64,000 bases of DNA, taken from a virus. The first letter of the stretch is position 1, and each line of letters opens with the position of its first letter. The notes below the pieces were generated by a model. The model was not told the origin of the DNA. It made no database searches and saw nothing but the letters and a program-made list of their open reading frames with translations. Positions 35,092 through 45,371 of the stretch are shown piece after piece. The translations under genes were made by a program, and so were the position numbers. The stretch covers positions 49,833 to 113,832 of IMG/VR virus record IMGVR_UViG_3300009001_000006; one strand, written 5' to 3'.

Positions 35092-35573
35092 TTAGTAAAA
35101 ATATACCTATTATCACCAAGACCGACTGGCATGGGTTCGTTATCTCTAATAAAAATATTATTGGTCAAATAATCTATATCTGTATTAAATATAATCTTAG
35201 AACACTGTTTAATACTATCTAAATAACCTATACTACATATAGTTTGAGCATCAATATCTGCTTTATTAATAGGACCTATAAAATTTTTACTATCTGTTAA
35301 TACAGCAAAATGTACCTGCTTCTCTGCTACACTAGAGTTAGTAACACCGCTACCAAGACAAAATGGGCATGTTTGACCATTAGAGAACAATATAGGGCCA
35401 CCCGGTTTATACTGGTTAGACGATTTTCGACTCATCGTATCATAAATACAATTAGGGCATTCACTAATTTTAGTAGTTTCATATACCAAAGAGCAAGGTA
35501 TAGTTAGGCCTGTACTAGCGAGTAGTATATCTATTTGATTATTATATAAAGTTTTAAGTGGAGATAAATCCAT
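35076..35573 (-). CDS. head closure/stopper-like protein with CxxC pairs (putative)
   Basis: CPNC...CPFC; synteny. Confidence 0.5.
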   Translation of the reverse strand: MDLSPLKTLYNNQIDILLASTGLTIPCSLVYETTKISECPNCIYDTMSRKSSNQYKPGGPILFSNGQTCPFCLGSGVTNSSVAEKQVHFAVLTDSKNFIGPINKADIDAQTICSIGYLDSIKQCSKIIFNTDIDYLTNNIFIRDNEPMPVGLGDNRYIFTNWKRS

Positions 35574-36100
35574 TAGCTATAAAACCCATCACGAGTACTA
35601 CGGGCTGGTAAATCAGAAACGAAAAGAAATCTAGGGTCAAAATTATTGCCAACAAAAGGACTGAGTACTGCACTAATCGCACTAGCATTACCTATATTAT
35701 GTTGCTGTTTAAGATGTTCATATATAGAGCATGGGCCCACATCTAAAACTGTTTTATAACCAGCTAAATTACCAGATACTTGTAAAGAGGCTGGTCCAAG
35801 AGATGTTTTAATTCCTTCTGTTGCAGCTTTTGTTCTATATGTACTTTGATCTAAAAAACAAGCTGCTCTGAGAGCTACAAAACTAATAAAAGTATCATCT
35901 CTAGTATTGCTGCCACACGGATCGGGCGTGATCAGATTGTTCACGACATCTATCTGATATTCTTGATCTAATGTTAGATCCAATACAACATATTTGGCCC
36001 CAACAGTAATTAGCTGTATAATTCGTTCATTAGAATAATTATCTTCAAAATCATTAATTAATGATCTAACAATAATAGGTATTTCTGTCTGCCAGTACAT
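35573..36100 (-). CDS. head-tail adaptor (putative)
   Basis: IVRSLIND...YSNERI resembles gp6/gp15 adaptor N-termini; synteny. Confidence 0.55.
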   Translation of the reverse strand: MYWQTEIPIIVRSLINDFEDNYSNERIIQLITVGAKYVVLDLTLDQEYQIDVVNNLITPDPCGSNTRDDTFISFVALRAACFLDQSTYRTKAATEGIKTSLGPASLQVSGNLAGYKTVLDVGPCSIYEHLKQQHNIGNASAISAVLSPFVGNNFDPRFLFVSDLPARSTRDGFYS

Positions 36101-36146
36101 AGAGCATTCCTTATAGTAGACTATCTAATTTATTAAACTACTATAA

Positions 36147-36154
36147 TTTACACC
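36147..36154 (-). promoter_or_regulatory. putative late promoter motif GGTGTAAA
   Basis: 47 nt upstream of the start at 36100. Confidence 0.55.
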
Positions 36155-36168
36155 TAATTATACTAAAA

Positions 36169-36327
36169 CTATGATTCTGTTTTATTGTTTTCAGCAGTTT
36201 CGAGTATTTTCTGAATCTTATCGTATAAATTACCAACAGCTACAAAATCAGCTGGTCTAAAAAGCCCTTTTTGGGCACTTACGTCCAAAACACTTAAAAT
36301 AACCCTGTAGTCTTGTTCTGTTAACAT
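36169..36327 (-). CDS. small 52-aa phage protein (not in the ORF track)
   Basis: MLTEQDYRVILSVLDVSAQKGLFRPADFVAVGNLYDKIQKILETAENNKTES*; AGGA RBS upstream; fills the gap. Confidence 0.7.
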   Translation of the reverse strand: MLTEQDYRVILSVLDVSAQKGLFRPADFVAVGNLYDKIQKILETAENNKTES

Positions 36328-36366
36328 AATATATAAAATCCTTTGTAAATGTGTTTAAAATAAAAA

Positions 36367-37098
36367 TCAAGGTATGGCGTCTGGCGCTATGCTCTGTGTG
36401 TTAGTTTCTGTATAGCCGCTAATATCTCCACCTACTTCTAGTAGATCCAGTTTACATACCCAATTAACATTCTTACTAGCAGCACCTTTGCCTTGTATTA
36501 ATAAATCGTCGCTCGTATCGCTATCTACATTGATACTAACGATAATAGCCTGAACATCCCACGAACTATCACTCTCATAAAGAATAGTCTTAACAGGAGT
36601 GCCTAATATCGACGCCCCATAACCATCATTGGCTATTATGCCTTCAAGCTTATATGCCGCATTATCTTGACCATTTGTTCTGCGCGCTACAATATTAGCT
36701 GTAAACATAAAAGTTCTGTTATTGCTTAATCTTATGCTGGATCCATTGTTCGCAATAGTTGTAAAAGTATCGTTTGTTGTAGAAGTTCTTAATACATACG
36801 AACTATTTTGGGCATCACCATTGGAAACAAAACTTCCATTAGATATAACAGTGCGTCCATCACTAGTAATTCTGAGCTTCTCGGAAGCGATAGCATCATT
36901 AGCTGTAGAAAATATTAAAGAAGTAGCATTATTAGAATCATTAAATGTTTCTTCAGCAACAGCAGAAATACTGGCCGCAATAGAAGTGGCAACTGGGCCA
37001 TCGCCATCGCTGGCGGCAGCCCAGTTTATTCTACCAACTATATCCCCTGAAATAACATCACTATCATTGCTCTGTAATGTTATTGAATTTAATCCCAT
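36367..37098 (-). CDS. tail/head fibre-associated protein
   Basis: TSLIFSTAN...SEKLRITSDG is a common fibre motif; ends YTETNTQSIAPDAIP. Confidence 0.6.
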   Translation of the reverse strand: MGLNSITLQSNDSDVISGDIVGRINWAAASDGDGPVATSIAASISAVAEETFNDSNNATSLIFSTANDAIASEKLRITSDGRTVISNGSFVSNGDAQNSSYVLRTSTTNDTFTTIANNGSSIRLSNNRTFMFTANIVARRTNGQDNAAYKLEGIIANDGYGASILGTPVKTILYESDSSWDVQAIIVSINVDSDTSDDLLIQGKGAASKNVNWVCKLDLLEVGGDISGYTETNTQSIAPDAIP

Positions 37099-37111
37099 AT
37101 TAAACCTACTA

Positions 37112-38734
37112 CTAGATTACGTACCACACATTGTTATAAAACACCATGCTAACGCTTTCGTTTTCATAGTAAAGATTGATGCTTCCACCATCTATACTAT
37201 GTCCACTGTTACCGCTAATAGTAAGTGTACCACTACCATCATCAACTTTCTTAACAGTAGCGACTTGACCATTGCTAGGACTAGCATGCATAGTTAAAGT
37301 AAAACTATTAGTGCTAGTGGTTACAAGAGTTACGTCGTTACTAGCTGTAGAAGCTGAATTAGCAGTGTCAACAGACTTGAAGCTAGCAGCAGCACCAGCT
37401 ACGAGCTGGCCGCTACCATTTCTTGTGATAGTACTACCATCAATTTGAACAGTCATGACACCGCTGCTAGCAGCAAGAGATGTATTAGCAGTTGTACCAG
37501 CAACGCCAGCAACCATGTCTGCAATAGTGTCTCTTTTTGAAGTACCATCACTATCTCTAAAGAACATGCTATCTGCAGCAACATCTACAGCAGCATCACT
37601 AACGATAAGACTACCAGTAACATCACCAGTAACATCACCAGTCAAATCGCCAGTAACATTACCAGTCAAATCGCCAGTAACATTACCAGTAACATTGCCA
37701 GTTAAATCACCAGTCACATCACCGGTCACATTGCCAGTCACATTACCTGTAACATTACCAGTTAAAGTACCAGTAATGCCACCAGAAGCACTAAGGGTGG
37801 TAAATGCACCACTACTAGCTGCATTAGCTCCAATAGCAGTTCCATCAATAGCTCCACCATTAATGTCTACGGTAGTAAAAGTAGAAGTACCGCTTGAAGT
37901 AATATTACCCGTAACATTACCGGTTACGTTGCCGGTTACATTACCAGTTAAATCACCGGTTACATCACCAGTAAGATCACCAGTTACATTACCAGTCACA
38001 TTTCCGGTAACATTACCAGTTAAATCACCGGTTACATCACCAGTAAGATCACCAGTTACATTACCGGTAACATTTCCAGTAACATTTCCAGTAACATTGC
38101 CAGTTAAATCACCGGTCACGTCACCAGTCACATCTCCGGTCACATTACCTGTTAAATTACCAGTAACATTACCAGTAACATTACCGGTAAGATCACCAGT
38201 AACATTACCAGTTACATCACCCGTAAGATCGCCAGTAACATCACCAACAATATTAGCCGCAAGTGTACCAAGACTAATATCTAAATTACCAGTACTTGCG
38301 CCAGTAGCTGTTGTAGTACCAAGAGTAAATCTGTCTTCGCTTTCATCCCAAACGAAAACAGCATTATCTCCAGTACTGCCTCTTTCGATAATAAAACCAG
38401 AATCATTACCATTGCTTTCAGCACCATTATTCAACTCAATCAAAGTGTCTGCAACAACAGTATTGGTACTATTAACAGTAGTTGTAGTACCATTAACGGT
38501 AAGGCCACCATCGATAGTTACATTGCCGCTAGCATCAATAGCGATTGCGCTATTAGCACTATCTGAACCAATATAACCACCATCAGGAAGCACTACACCT
38601 GGGGCATACAGCTTGCTATTATCGTAATACAGATTACTGCCGTCCGAATCAAATTTGTTAGAGCTTGCATCAGAACCAAAAAACACCAAACCCTTTTGAT
38701 TGCCGCCGCCGGCAGCTATAGGACTATAACTCAT
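37112..38734 (-). CDS. fibre protein with (G[ND][VL]T)n repeats
   Basis: LTVNGTTTTVNST..VADTLIELN..DSGFIIERG fibre motif; long GNVT/GDLT tracts. Confidence 0.85.
   Translation of the reverse strand: MSYSPIAAGGGNQKGLVFFGSDASSNKFDSDGSNLYYDNSKLYAPGVVLPDGGYIGSDSANSAIAIDASGNVTIDGGLTVNGTTTTVNSTNTVVADTLIELNNGAESNGNDSGFIIERGSTGDNAVFVWDESEDRFTLGTTTATGASTGNLDISLGTLAANIVGDVTGDLTGDVTGNVTGDLTGNVTGNVTGNLTGNVTGDVTGDVTGDLTGNVTGNVTGNVTGNVTGDLTGDVTGDLTGNVTGNVTGNVTGDLTGDVTGDLTGNVTGNVTGNVTGNITSSGTSTFTTVDINGGAIDGTAIGANAASSGAFTTLSASGGITGTLTGNVTGNVTGNVTGDVTGDLTGNVTGNVTGDLTGNVTGDLTGDVTGDVTGSLIVSDAAVDVAADSMFFRDSDGTSKRDTIADMVAGVAGTTANTSLAASSGVMTVQIDGSTITRNGSGQLVAGAAASFKSVDTANSASTASNDVTLVTTSTNSFTLTMHASPSNGQVATVKKVDDGSGTLTISGNSGHSIDGGSINLYYENESVSMVFYNNVWYVI
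37612..38250. repeat. 12-bp degenerate tandem repeats encoding G[ND][VL]T (two blocks, ~37612-37770 and ~37900-38250)
   Basis: Iterated accagtaacatt / accagtaacatc / accagttaaatc. Confidence 0.95.
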
Positions 38735-38776
38735 ATAAAATTCTCCATTTTGCTGTGTAAAAAATAACCAAAACCA

Positions 38777-39241
38777 TTAAATTATACACCAATTATTGCC
38801 GTCAGATAATAATGTTATAGATTCATTTTTATAAAATAAATCATAAGAGCTTAGATCATCAATAGTTTCATTATTTTTTGTTTTAATGTTTACAGTTTTT
38901 GTAGTGCGATTTTTAATTCTAATAATTTTGCCAAGATTATCAAAAGCTGTATGTAGTGTAACGTTAATTGTATTAGATAATGTACCTACTTCGCTATCGA
39001 TAATCACAACTACATCCTCAAACACACTAACTTCATAATCTCCAGCAACTTGTGATGTTTCAGAGTATGGTACAGATCCGAGTGGTTTATTAGTATTGGT
39101 AATAGCTATAGTTTCATCCACAACATCTATGTTGTGTAAATTATTTTCAAGCTTTACTTCTACGGAAGGGTTGCCTTCGGGATTTACTTCTATAATATTA
39201 GTGTTTTGATTAATAGCGACTTCTAAGTAATAAGTAGACAT
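38777..39241 (-). CDS. fibre-associated small protein; C-terminal domain paralogous to that of 37112-38734
   Basis: TIDD...LFYKNESITLLSDGNNWCII versus SIDG..NLYYENESVSMVFYNNVWYVI. Confidence 0.7.
   Translation of the reverse strand: MSTYYLEVAINQNTNIIEVNPEGNPSVEVKLENNLHNIDVVDETIAITNTNKPLGSVPYSETSQVAGDYEVSVFEDVVVIIDSEVGTLSNTINVTLHTAFDNLGKIIRIKNRTTKTVNIKTKNNETIDDLSSYDLFYKNESITLLSDGNNWCII
38783..38790 (-). promoter_or_regulatory. putative late promoter motif GGTGTATA (overlaps the end of the upstream gene)
   Basis: 49 nt upstream of the start at 38734. Confidence 0.5.
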
Positions 39242-39262
39242 GAATTAAGAATTCCTATATAT

Positions 39263-39856
39263 CTATGAGCACACGCTCTGGGTGTCACTAGAGCTATATC
39301 TTTTTACAATATTTATATTGCCATATAATATTCTAGAAATATGTTTATCTCCACCGTCAGACCAATCGTTCGGAGACTCTAGGTCCAAATCATATTTAGC
39401 TTTATTAAATCCAAAAGTATCTGTAACATTGGCTGGTATTATTAAAGAAATCCTGCCACTAGAATTCACGCTAAAAGTATATTTCGTATAATCTGTATTA
39501 CTGGACTTATACTGATATGTAACAGGCTCAAAATAGATGGTGCTACCAGCCGATAGTGTAACATTATTAGAAAGTTTGGCTATAGAACCACTAAATTCAA
39601 TGATATATGTATTAATCGGTATATTATGTCCTGTTATCATTCCGTTATCAACAAGCAAAGAGGGATCGGAAACTTGAATAGTATCTGAACTATTGACAGC
39701 AGAAATAACCTTAGCTTCATATCTTTCTGTTTTCCATATCAATTGAGCACACCAATTTGTAAGATTAACAGGTTGTTTATCAGAGTCTTTATATATAAAA
39801 TCAATCCTGAAAGAACTACCTTGCTCTATAGAGAAATCATATTTACCGGCAGCCAT
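39263..39856 (-). CDS. virion structural protein (BppU-like N-terminal Ig fold, putative)
   Basis: MAAGKYDFSIEQGSSF...PVNLTNW...AKYDLDL...RILYGNI pattern. Confidence 0.65.
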   Translation of the reverse strand: MAAGKYDFSIEQGSSFRIDFIYKDSDKQPVNLTNWCAQLIWKTERYEAKVISAVNSSDTIQVSDPSLLVDNGMITGHNIPINTYIIEFSGSIAKLSNNVTLSAGSTIYFEPVTYQYKSSNTDYTKYTFSVNSSGRISLIIPANVTDTFGFNKAKYDLDLESPNDWSDGGDKHISRILYGNINIVKRYSSSDTQSVCS

Positions 39857-39881
39857 ATTATCCTTATACCTTTCTGGTGTG

Positions 39882-39920
39882 AAAAAGAAATAGCCGACCC
39901 TTTGTGGAGCCGGCTACTTC
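39882..39920 (-). terminator. intrinsic terminator after the major capsid gene
   Basis: Minus strand TAGCCGGCTC-CACAAA-GGGTCGGCTA-TTTCTTTTT. Confidence 0.8.
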
Positions 39921-39944
39921 GATATCATAAGCAAAGCTTAAAGA

Positions 39945-40946
39945 TTAAAGAGAGCCAAGAAGCACTCTTCTGTTATCTAGAACAGCAAAACCCTGCTCAG
40001 CCCATCCATAGAAGCCAGCTCTCTTTTGACGATGAAGGGTATCATCTTCAAAGATTTGAACTTCTTGACGAACTGGCATGATAAATGAATCTCTCTTTCT
40101 AAGGTCAAGACCAACAACAATTTCGCTGTCGCCAGCATCAATAGTGCCAGAAAGAACATTATCATAGAACTCTTGATATTCTTGGCCTTCGCCAAGCTCA
40201 TCAACGTCATGAAGGTTTACACCAAACACGCGATTAACATTACCGTCAGCAGCGGTATAGATCTCACGACGAGTAATCTCATCGACCTGATCAACGCCCC
40301 AGTTTCTGATATCTTCCATAGCCTCTGGTGAGACATAAAGATCGGTAAGGATACCTCTGTTATTACTAGCAGAGTTACCGCCACCATTACGACGCATAAC
40401 GGTCTTCATAAGAGAAACAAGTCTCTTAGTAAACTGACCAGCATCAGCGTCACTATCATAAACAACAATATTACGGTCTACACCAGCAGCAAGCAAGGTG
40501 TGCCAACCGTCATCATTCATCTTCTTGACGAATTGTGCTTCGAGAACTTCCATAGCACGACCAACGACATCCCAACGGGCGTCACGAGCATACTTTAGAA
40601 GATAGTCGATACTTGCACCAATATCATAGGTAGGAACCATGACATAATCGCCTTCGACATGTCTTTCTGGTACATAACCATGATTAGGTAAAGTATAAGC
40701 AACAAAATCAGCTTCTGTTCCAGGAGCCAAGAAGTCTAATGGAAATTCTGGAGTAGCACCAGGAGCCAATTGAATTGGTTCAAAGATGCCATCAAGAATA
40801 TCTCCACTAAGAATAGCTTGACGCAATGGAAGCTCAAGAGCTTTTGCAAACTCTCTACTAGCAGCCAAAGACTGCTCTTTTTCAGCAGAACCTGATCTAA
40901 CTAAGAGATCAGTAAGCTCAGCGGATGGTTCAAATTTATTAGCCAT
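39945..40946 (-). CDS. major capsid protein (HK97 fold)
   Basis: 333 aa after protease/scaffold and decoration genes; strong AGGAG RBS; terminator downstream; C-terminal GFYGWAEQGFAVLDNRRV. Confidence 0.88.
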   Translation of the reverse strand: MANKFEPSAELTDLLVRSGSAEKEQSLAASREFAKALELPLRQAILSGDILDGIFEPIQLAPGATPEFPLDFLAPGTEADFVAYTLPNHGYVPERHVEGDYVMVPTYDIGASIDYLLKYARDARWDVVGRAMEVLEAQFVKKMNDDGWHTLLAAGVDRNIVVYDSDADAGQFTKRLVSLMKTVMRRNGGGNSASNNRGILTDLYVSPEAMEDIRNWGVDQVDEITRREIYTAADGNVNRVFGVNLHDVDELGEGQEYQEFYDNVLSGTIDAGDSEIVVGLDLRKRDSFIMPVRQEVQIFEDDTLHRQKRAGFYGWAEQGFAVLDNRRVLLGSL

Positions 40947-40969
40947 GTTTATATATCTCCTTTTTAAAC

Positions 40970-41431
40970 TCAGGTAATGTTAATATCTACTTTAACGTAG
41001 CCGTCGGCATCTTTGCCACTTAAGAATGTACCAACTTTAACACTGTTTGTTGATACTGTGGTGAAATCACCAGCACCATCATAATAAGCAGCGTCTCCAG
41101 CAACTGGACTTTGACCAGAAGCTAGACTGTTGGTAGTAACTTGACCCCTACGAAGAAGAGCCACTTTGCCGCCAGCCTGAACTTCATCTTTATGATAATT
41201 AATATGTTGTCTTGTAAGATCAAGATTAACAACATCATTAAGTAAAACACCTGCTGGAGCAGTGCCAGCTGGACTGCCAGTTGGATAGATAACTACGGCA
41301 TCAGCATCATCCATAGATGAACCAACACCACCTGCACCGTTGTATACAACCACACCGCCGCGATCGCCGGTTGTGTTCATAAAGAAAGATACATCGGTAA
41401 AACTTTCAACACGATCTGGTTTTAAAGCCAT
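40970..41431 (-). CDS. capsid decoration/cement protein
   Basis: Small Gly/Val-rich ORF between scaffold and MCP; PAGVLL, VGTFLSGKDADG. Confidence 0.7.
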   Translation of the reverse strand: MALKPDRVESFTDVSFFMNTTGDRGGVVVYNGAGGVGSSMDDADAVVIYPTGSPAGTAPAGVLLNDVVNLDLTRQHINYHKDEVQAGGKVALLRRGQVTTNSLASGQSPVAGDAAYYDGAGDFTTVSTNSVKVGTFLSGKDADGYVKVDINIT

Positions 41432-41434
41432 TTT

Positions 41435-43120
41435 TCATTCTCCTTTATTGGATTGTTGTTTGCCTAATCTAGAATAAACAAAATCTACTAATGATGCTCT
41501 AGTGTGATCGATCTCTGAATCTTCATCACTACCAACACTAAGATCAACAGATTCTTCAGCTTCTGCGGTTTCTAAAACTTCCTCAGCAACTGAATCTTCT
41601 AGTTCACCTTCTTGTTCTTCAGTCTCAGTAGAATCTGCAACCTCTTCAGCTTCTGCAACTTCTTCCGAAGCAACTTCTTCTGATTTAGTTTGAGCCCACT
41701 CAGGAACATTAGAACTAACCAAAGACTTGATAGTAGCGAAAGCCTCATCGTCTAGATCTTCAAATTTGTTCACTGTAGCTTCTGCTACATCGTGAGCAAC
41801 ACCAGATTCGACAAGTTCAGAGACCCTACTAACAATTTTTGCCTGCCTAGCAAGTTCAGCTTCTTTTGCTTTATAAGCTTCAATAGCCTCATTAGCAGCA
41901 GCAAGTTCGCTTTTCAATGTCTCAAGATCACATTCTCTTGTCTTGAGAGCTTCTTCATGAGCACTAGTAAGTTCTTTAAGCTCGTTGGCTTTAACTTCAT
42001 CTAATTGTGCTACATCATATTCCATTTTTTTCTTGTATTCTTCTAAGAGTTTATCTTTCTCAGCTACAGCTTCATTAAGAGAAGAAGCCTGATCTGACAT
42101 TCTTGCCATATCTTCTTCTTTATCTTTCATGGTAGCTTCTAGTTGCATGACTTTAGCCTCTAGTTCGCTTACGCGACTATAAGCCTCTTTAAGAACTTCG
42201 CCACAGCCGGTCATAGCTTCGACTTTTTCTGCTAGTTCTTTTACATCTTTTTCTAGACTCATATTATCATTCTCCGGGTTAAAGGACGCTTGGATATTAA
42301 ATACACTATTATTGGCTAAAAGGTTATCGTCTTTTTTAGTAAAAATTTCATCAGCACTTTGTTTATCAAAAATAATACTTTCTGGATTAGCTGGTTTGTT
42401 CACAAAACCCTTTCCTGAAAAACTTATATTGCGCAATACTCTGCCAATTTTATGATTATCATATTCTCCAACACCACCATATGATCTTAAAAATTTAGTT
42501 AAATAACTAGTATTATTATTTCTAGCTAATACTTTATATTCTCCAGTTTCTTGATTTAGTAAACCATAATCAAAATTATTAAAATAACATTCCATGCTAA
42601 CAAACTTTTTACCAGCCTCGATTTCCTGAATTAAAGACTCTGCTCTTTCTCTCAATTCAGGATTAGAAAAATTTCTATAAATAACAGAACCGGTAACAAT
42701 ATGGAATTTATCAGGAAGCTGTTCCATATCAATATTATCTGGAATTTTCTGACCATCAACATCTATGGGCCAGTTAGAAACAATATGTCCAACAATTTGG
42801 TCCTCGTCATGCTCTAAATTAGTGGGCTTATCTTCCGGAGTATTTTTAGCTTTCCATACTTCTACTTTATCAAAAATATCATCATTTCTATTCCATGATG
42901 AACTCACTAAGATAGATTGAACATAATACAGATCTTCGTCGGTAACGGATGCTAATGACTGACTATCAGGATCCGTAATTAATTGATAATTAACACTAGC
43001 CTTAACTAAGTCAGTTGTTTGTTTTGTTGTTGGTTGAATTTGTGCGAGGTATGCAATAGAAGCGTTGGCTATTACCTGTTCAGCAACACCGTCATCCCAT
43101 TCTTGTTGATAAATATGCAT
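41435..43120 (-). CDS. prohead protease-scaffold fusion
   Basis: NRNDDIF, KPTNLEHD..IVGHI, VSMECYF, FSGKGFVNKPANPES; acidic coiled-coil C-terminal half. Confidence 0.85.
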   Translation of the reverse strand: MHIYQQEWDDGVAEQVIANASIAYLAQIQPTTKQTTDLVKASVNYQLITDPDSQSLASVTDEDLYYVQSILVSSSWNRNDDIFDKVEVWKAKNTPEDKPTNLEHDEDQIVGHIVSNWPIDVDGQKIPDNIDMEQLPDKFHIVTGSVIYRNFSNPELRERAESLIQEIEAGKKFVSMECYFNNFDYGLLNQETGEYKVLARNNNTSYLTKFLRSYGGVGEYDNHKIGRVLRNISFSGKGFVNKPANPESIIFDKQSADEIFTKKDDNLLANNSVFNIQASFNPENDNMSLEKDVKELAEKVEAMTGCGEVLKEAYSRVSELEAKVMQLEATMKDKEEDMARMSDQASSLNEAVAEKDKLLEEYKKKMEYDVAQLDEVKANELKELTSAHEEALKTRECDLETLKSELAAANEAIEAYKAKEAELARQAKIVSRVSELVESGVAHDVAEATVNKFEDLDDEAFATIKSLVSSNVPEWAQTKSEEVASEEVAEAEEVADSTETEEQEGELEDSVAEEVLETAEAEESVDLSVGSDEDSEIDHTRASLVDFVYSRLGKQQSNKGE

Positions 43121-43121
43121 A

Positions 43122-45311
43122 TTATTCTTCTTCCGTATGAATAGATGAGTAATAAATTGACTTAACTAGTTTTTGCTCTTCTGTAGTTAATGTTCTTTGT
43201 AAATTGTTGGATATTGACCTTACCCAATATTCATACCCCGATATTAAACTTTTGGTAGTTTGAGAAATACTTTTTATATTAGCAGAAATTTTATCAGGGT
43301 CAATTTTTACAAAAGGTTTTAAAGAAAAAAGGGCTTGTGTTTTAATAAATTCTAAGTTTTTGGACTCATCACTAGATAATGATCGTAAATTTTTCTTATT
43401 GTAAAACTCTAGAATAAGAGGATTGATTATACAGGCTATTCTTTCTTGTGCGTCCTGCGCCCATATGTCTAATGTTGCCCCGGTTCTAGGTTTAAAATCT
43501 TTGGTCTTTCTTTTCTTGGTGTCTTTTGACATTTGTGGGCGGCCTTCGCCAGGAACGCCAGGTAAAGATTCTGGCGAATCTTTAACCAACTTCGTTGTGT
43601 TTTTCTTTTCTGTATCGTTTTTGAGTTCGTAAAGATTTTTTTCGCCACGTTTCTTCTTGGATAAGTCTAAACCAACCTCGCTAGGTGTAGCCATACCTGA
43701 TTGTAATGCTATCTTTTTTAAGCTATTGATAAATTCAGCATCATGATATGGCCCTGATTTAGTAGGTCTCTTGGATGATGCTCTTTCTTTACTTTCTCTA
43801 CTAATTCGACTTTGTTCCATATCAGCATCAAAACCGAATCTTGTTTGCACCAATTCTTCACTCACTAAATTCCTATCAGCTAGTTGTATTAATAGGGCTT
43901 TTTCTGCTTCTTCATTGCTTAGGTCCATTCTATCAAATTCTATTTTAGCTGGATATCTGAAGCCCATGGCTTTTTGTAGCATTTCTATTTCTTTTTGCCA
44001 AAATTGTACTAATACCTGTCTACCATATTCTAGTCTTTGTGTTAATGTTTTTAGACTAATGAAATTATTAGTAGTACCAGCAGCACCGTAAGTGCCTGTT
44101 AATGTGGGAGGTATACCAAGACCAGCATAAACACTATTTAAGTGTGGAGTATATTTAGCTTCTCCTAAAAATTGATGTACATTAGTTTTACTTTCTAATA
44201 ACTCAATATCTGGACCCCAAATTAAATCCATTGTACCGCCACCAACATTATTTTGTAAAATATTAGATAGTTTAGCAGCAGCAGCTTTTGTTGGAGCTAT
44301 TTTATGTTCTAGATTACCGAGTTTGAAAATTCGAATATTGGAAATAGCGCCGTCTAATGCAGCTAAGTCAGCTAGTTTAAGTTTTTCGATAATATTGATA
44401 TCATCCATAATAGCATAAATCATGGGATATGCCCAATTCTGCCAATCGTCTTTTTTGTAATGAAAAACTAGAGTTTTATCAGCATCTAAAGGATAAAGTG
44501 TTTTATTTTTTGCAGCAAATAAAATACTCTCTGGTAATTGATCTACAATTTGTTTTTCTATATCATTTTTAGGACTGTTTATAGTTTTTCTTAATTGAGC
44601 TGGTAGTGAAATAGCATACTGTTTTTTCCCAACAAAAGATGATAAGCTCTCTCCTAAAATGTCAACATAAAAAGGATCGATAAATGTATATCTCCATGGT
44701 ATTTCTTTTCTATCAACTTTAATTTCATCTAAAGAAGGATCGATATCAGCTTTAGCATTAGCTCTATATAATTCATCAGCTATTTTTTGACTAATTTTCG
44801 CTGTTTGTTTATTAATAACAACATTCCCTACCCTGTATAAATTATTAAGAAATCTTTCGCTTCTATCTATACCATTAATTTTCCTAAACCAATTTCTATA
44901 AAATCTTTCTATTCTTTTATTTCTATGGGAAAGTCTAATACCTTGAGATCCGAAATCGCCCATAAGATCAATAACATTCTTAACCAAACCCACTCTCTGA
45001 TATATTGTATCAGCAGTTTTGATAATATTTTTAAGCTTAACGGGAACAGCTTCATTTGGTCTAAAATAGTCATAATCTGATCTAGTTAGACCTGGACGGC
45101 TAGATGTATTTTCTGATAAGTTAGAAAAATCTCTATTATATCTAGCATAACCTGTAGTTCTATGAATACCTTCAAATTCAGCTAAAGATTTTGAGGAAAG
45201 CTCCAAGGCGCTTTGTTTAGAGGCTAAATCATCACCCCATGTAACATAAGCCTCTTCTTTTTCTATCTCTGCATCTTCTATGGCTTTACTTTTTGGATAT
45301 TTATTTGACAT
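43122..45311 (-). CDS. portal protein
   Basis: Between TerL and protease; LVKNVIDLMGDF, VYAGLGIPPTLTG. Confidence 0.85.
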   Translation of the reverse strand: MSNKYPKSKAIEDAEIEKEEAYVTWGDDLASKQSALELSSKSLAEFEGIHRTTGYARYNRDFSNLSENTSSRPGLTRSDYDYFRPNEAVPVKLKNIIKTADTIYQRVGLVKNVIDLMGDFGSQGIRLSHRNKRIERFYRNWFRKINGIDRSERFLNNLYRVGNVVINKQTAKISQKIADELYRANAKADIDPSLDEIKVDRKEIPWRYTFIDPFYVDILGESLSSFVGKKQYAISLPAQLRKTINSPKNDIEKQIVDQLPESILFAAKNKTLYPLDADKTLVFHYKKDDWQNWAYPMIYAIMDDINIIEKLKLADLAALDGAISNIRIFKLGNLEHKIAPTKAAAAKLSNILQNNVGGGTMDLIWGPDIELLESKTNVHQFLGEAKYTPHLNSVYAGLGIPPTLTGTYGAAGTTNNFISLKTLTQRLEYGRQVLVQFWQKEIEMLQKAMGFRYPAKIEFDRMDLSNEEAEKALLIQLADRNLVSEELVQTRFGFDADMEQSRISRESKERASSKRPTKSGPYHDAEFINSLKKIALQSGMATPSEVGLDLSKKKRGEKNLYELKNDTEKKNTTKLVKDSPESLPGVPGEGRPQMSKDTKKRKTKDFKPRTGATLDIWAQDAQERIACIINPLILEFYNKKNLRSLSSDESKNLEFIKTQALFSLKPFVKIDPDKISANIKSISQTTKSLISGYEYWVRSISNNLQRTLTTEEQKLVKSIYYSSIHTEEE

Positions 45312-45363
45312 AATGGTATTGCATTTCTATTGCGGTTCTATTGTTTATGGTTAACTAGTTTAT

Positions 45364-45371
45364 TATACACT
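45364..45371 (-). promoter_or_regulatory. putative late promoter motif AGTGTATA
   Basis: 53 nt upstream of the portal start. Confidence 0.6.

Noticed and set aside
37455-38576. 373-aa plus-strand ORF (PVTLPVTS repeats)
   Set aside because: Antisense shadow of the GNVT-repeat fibre gene.
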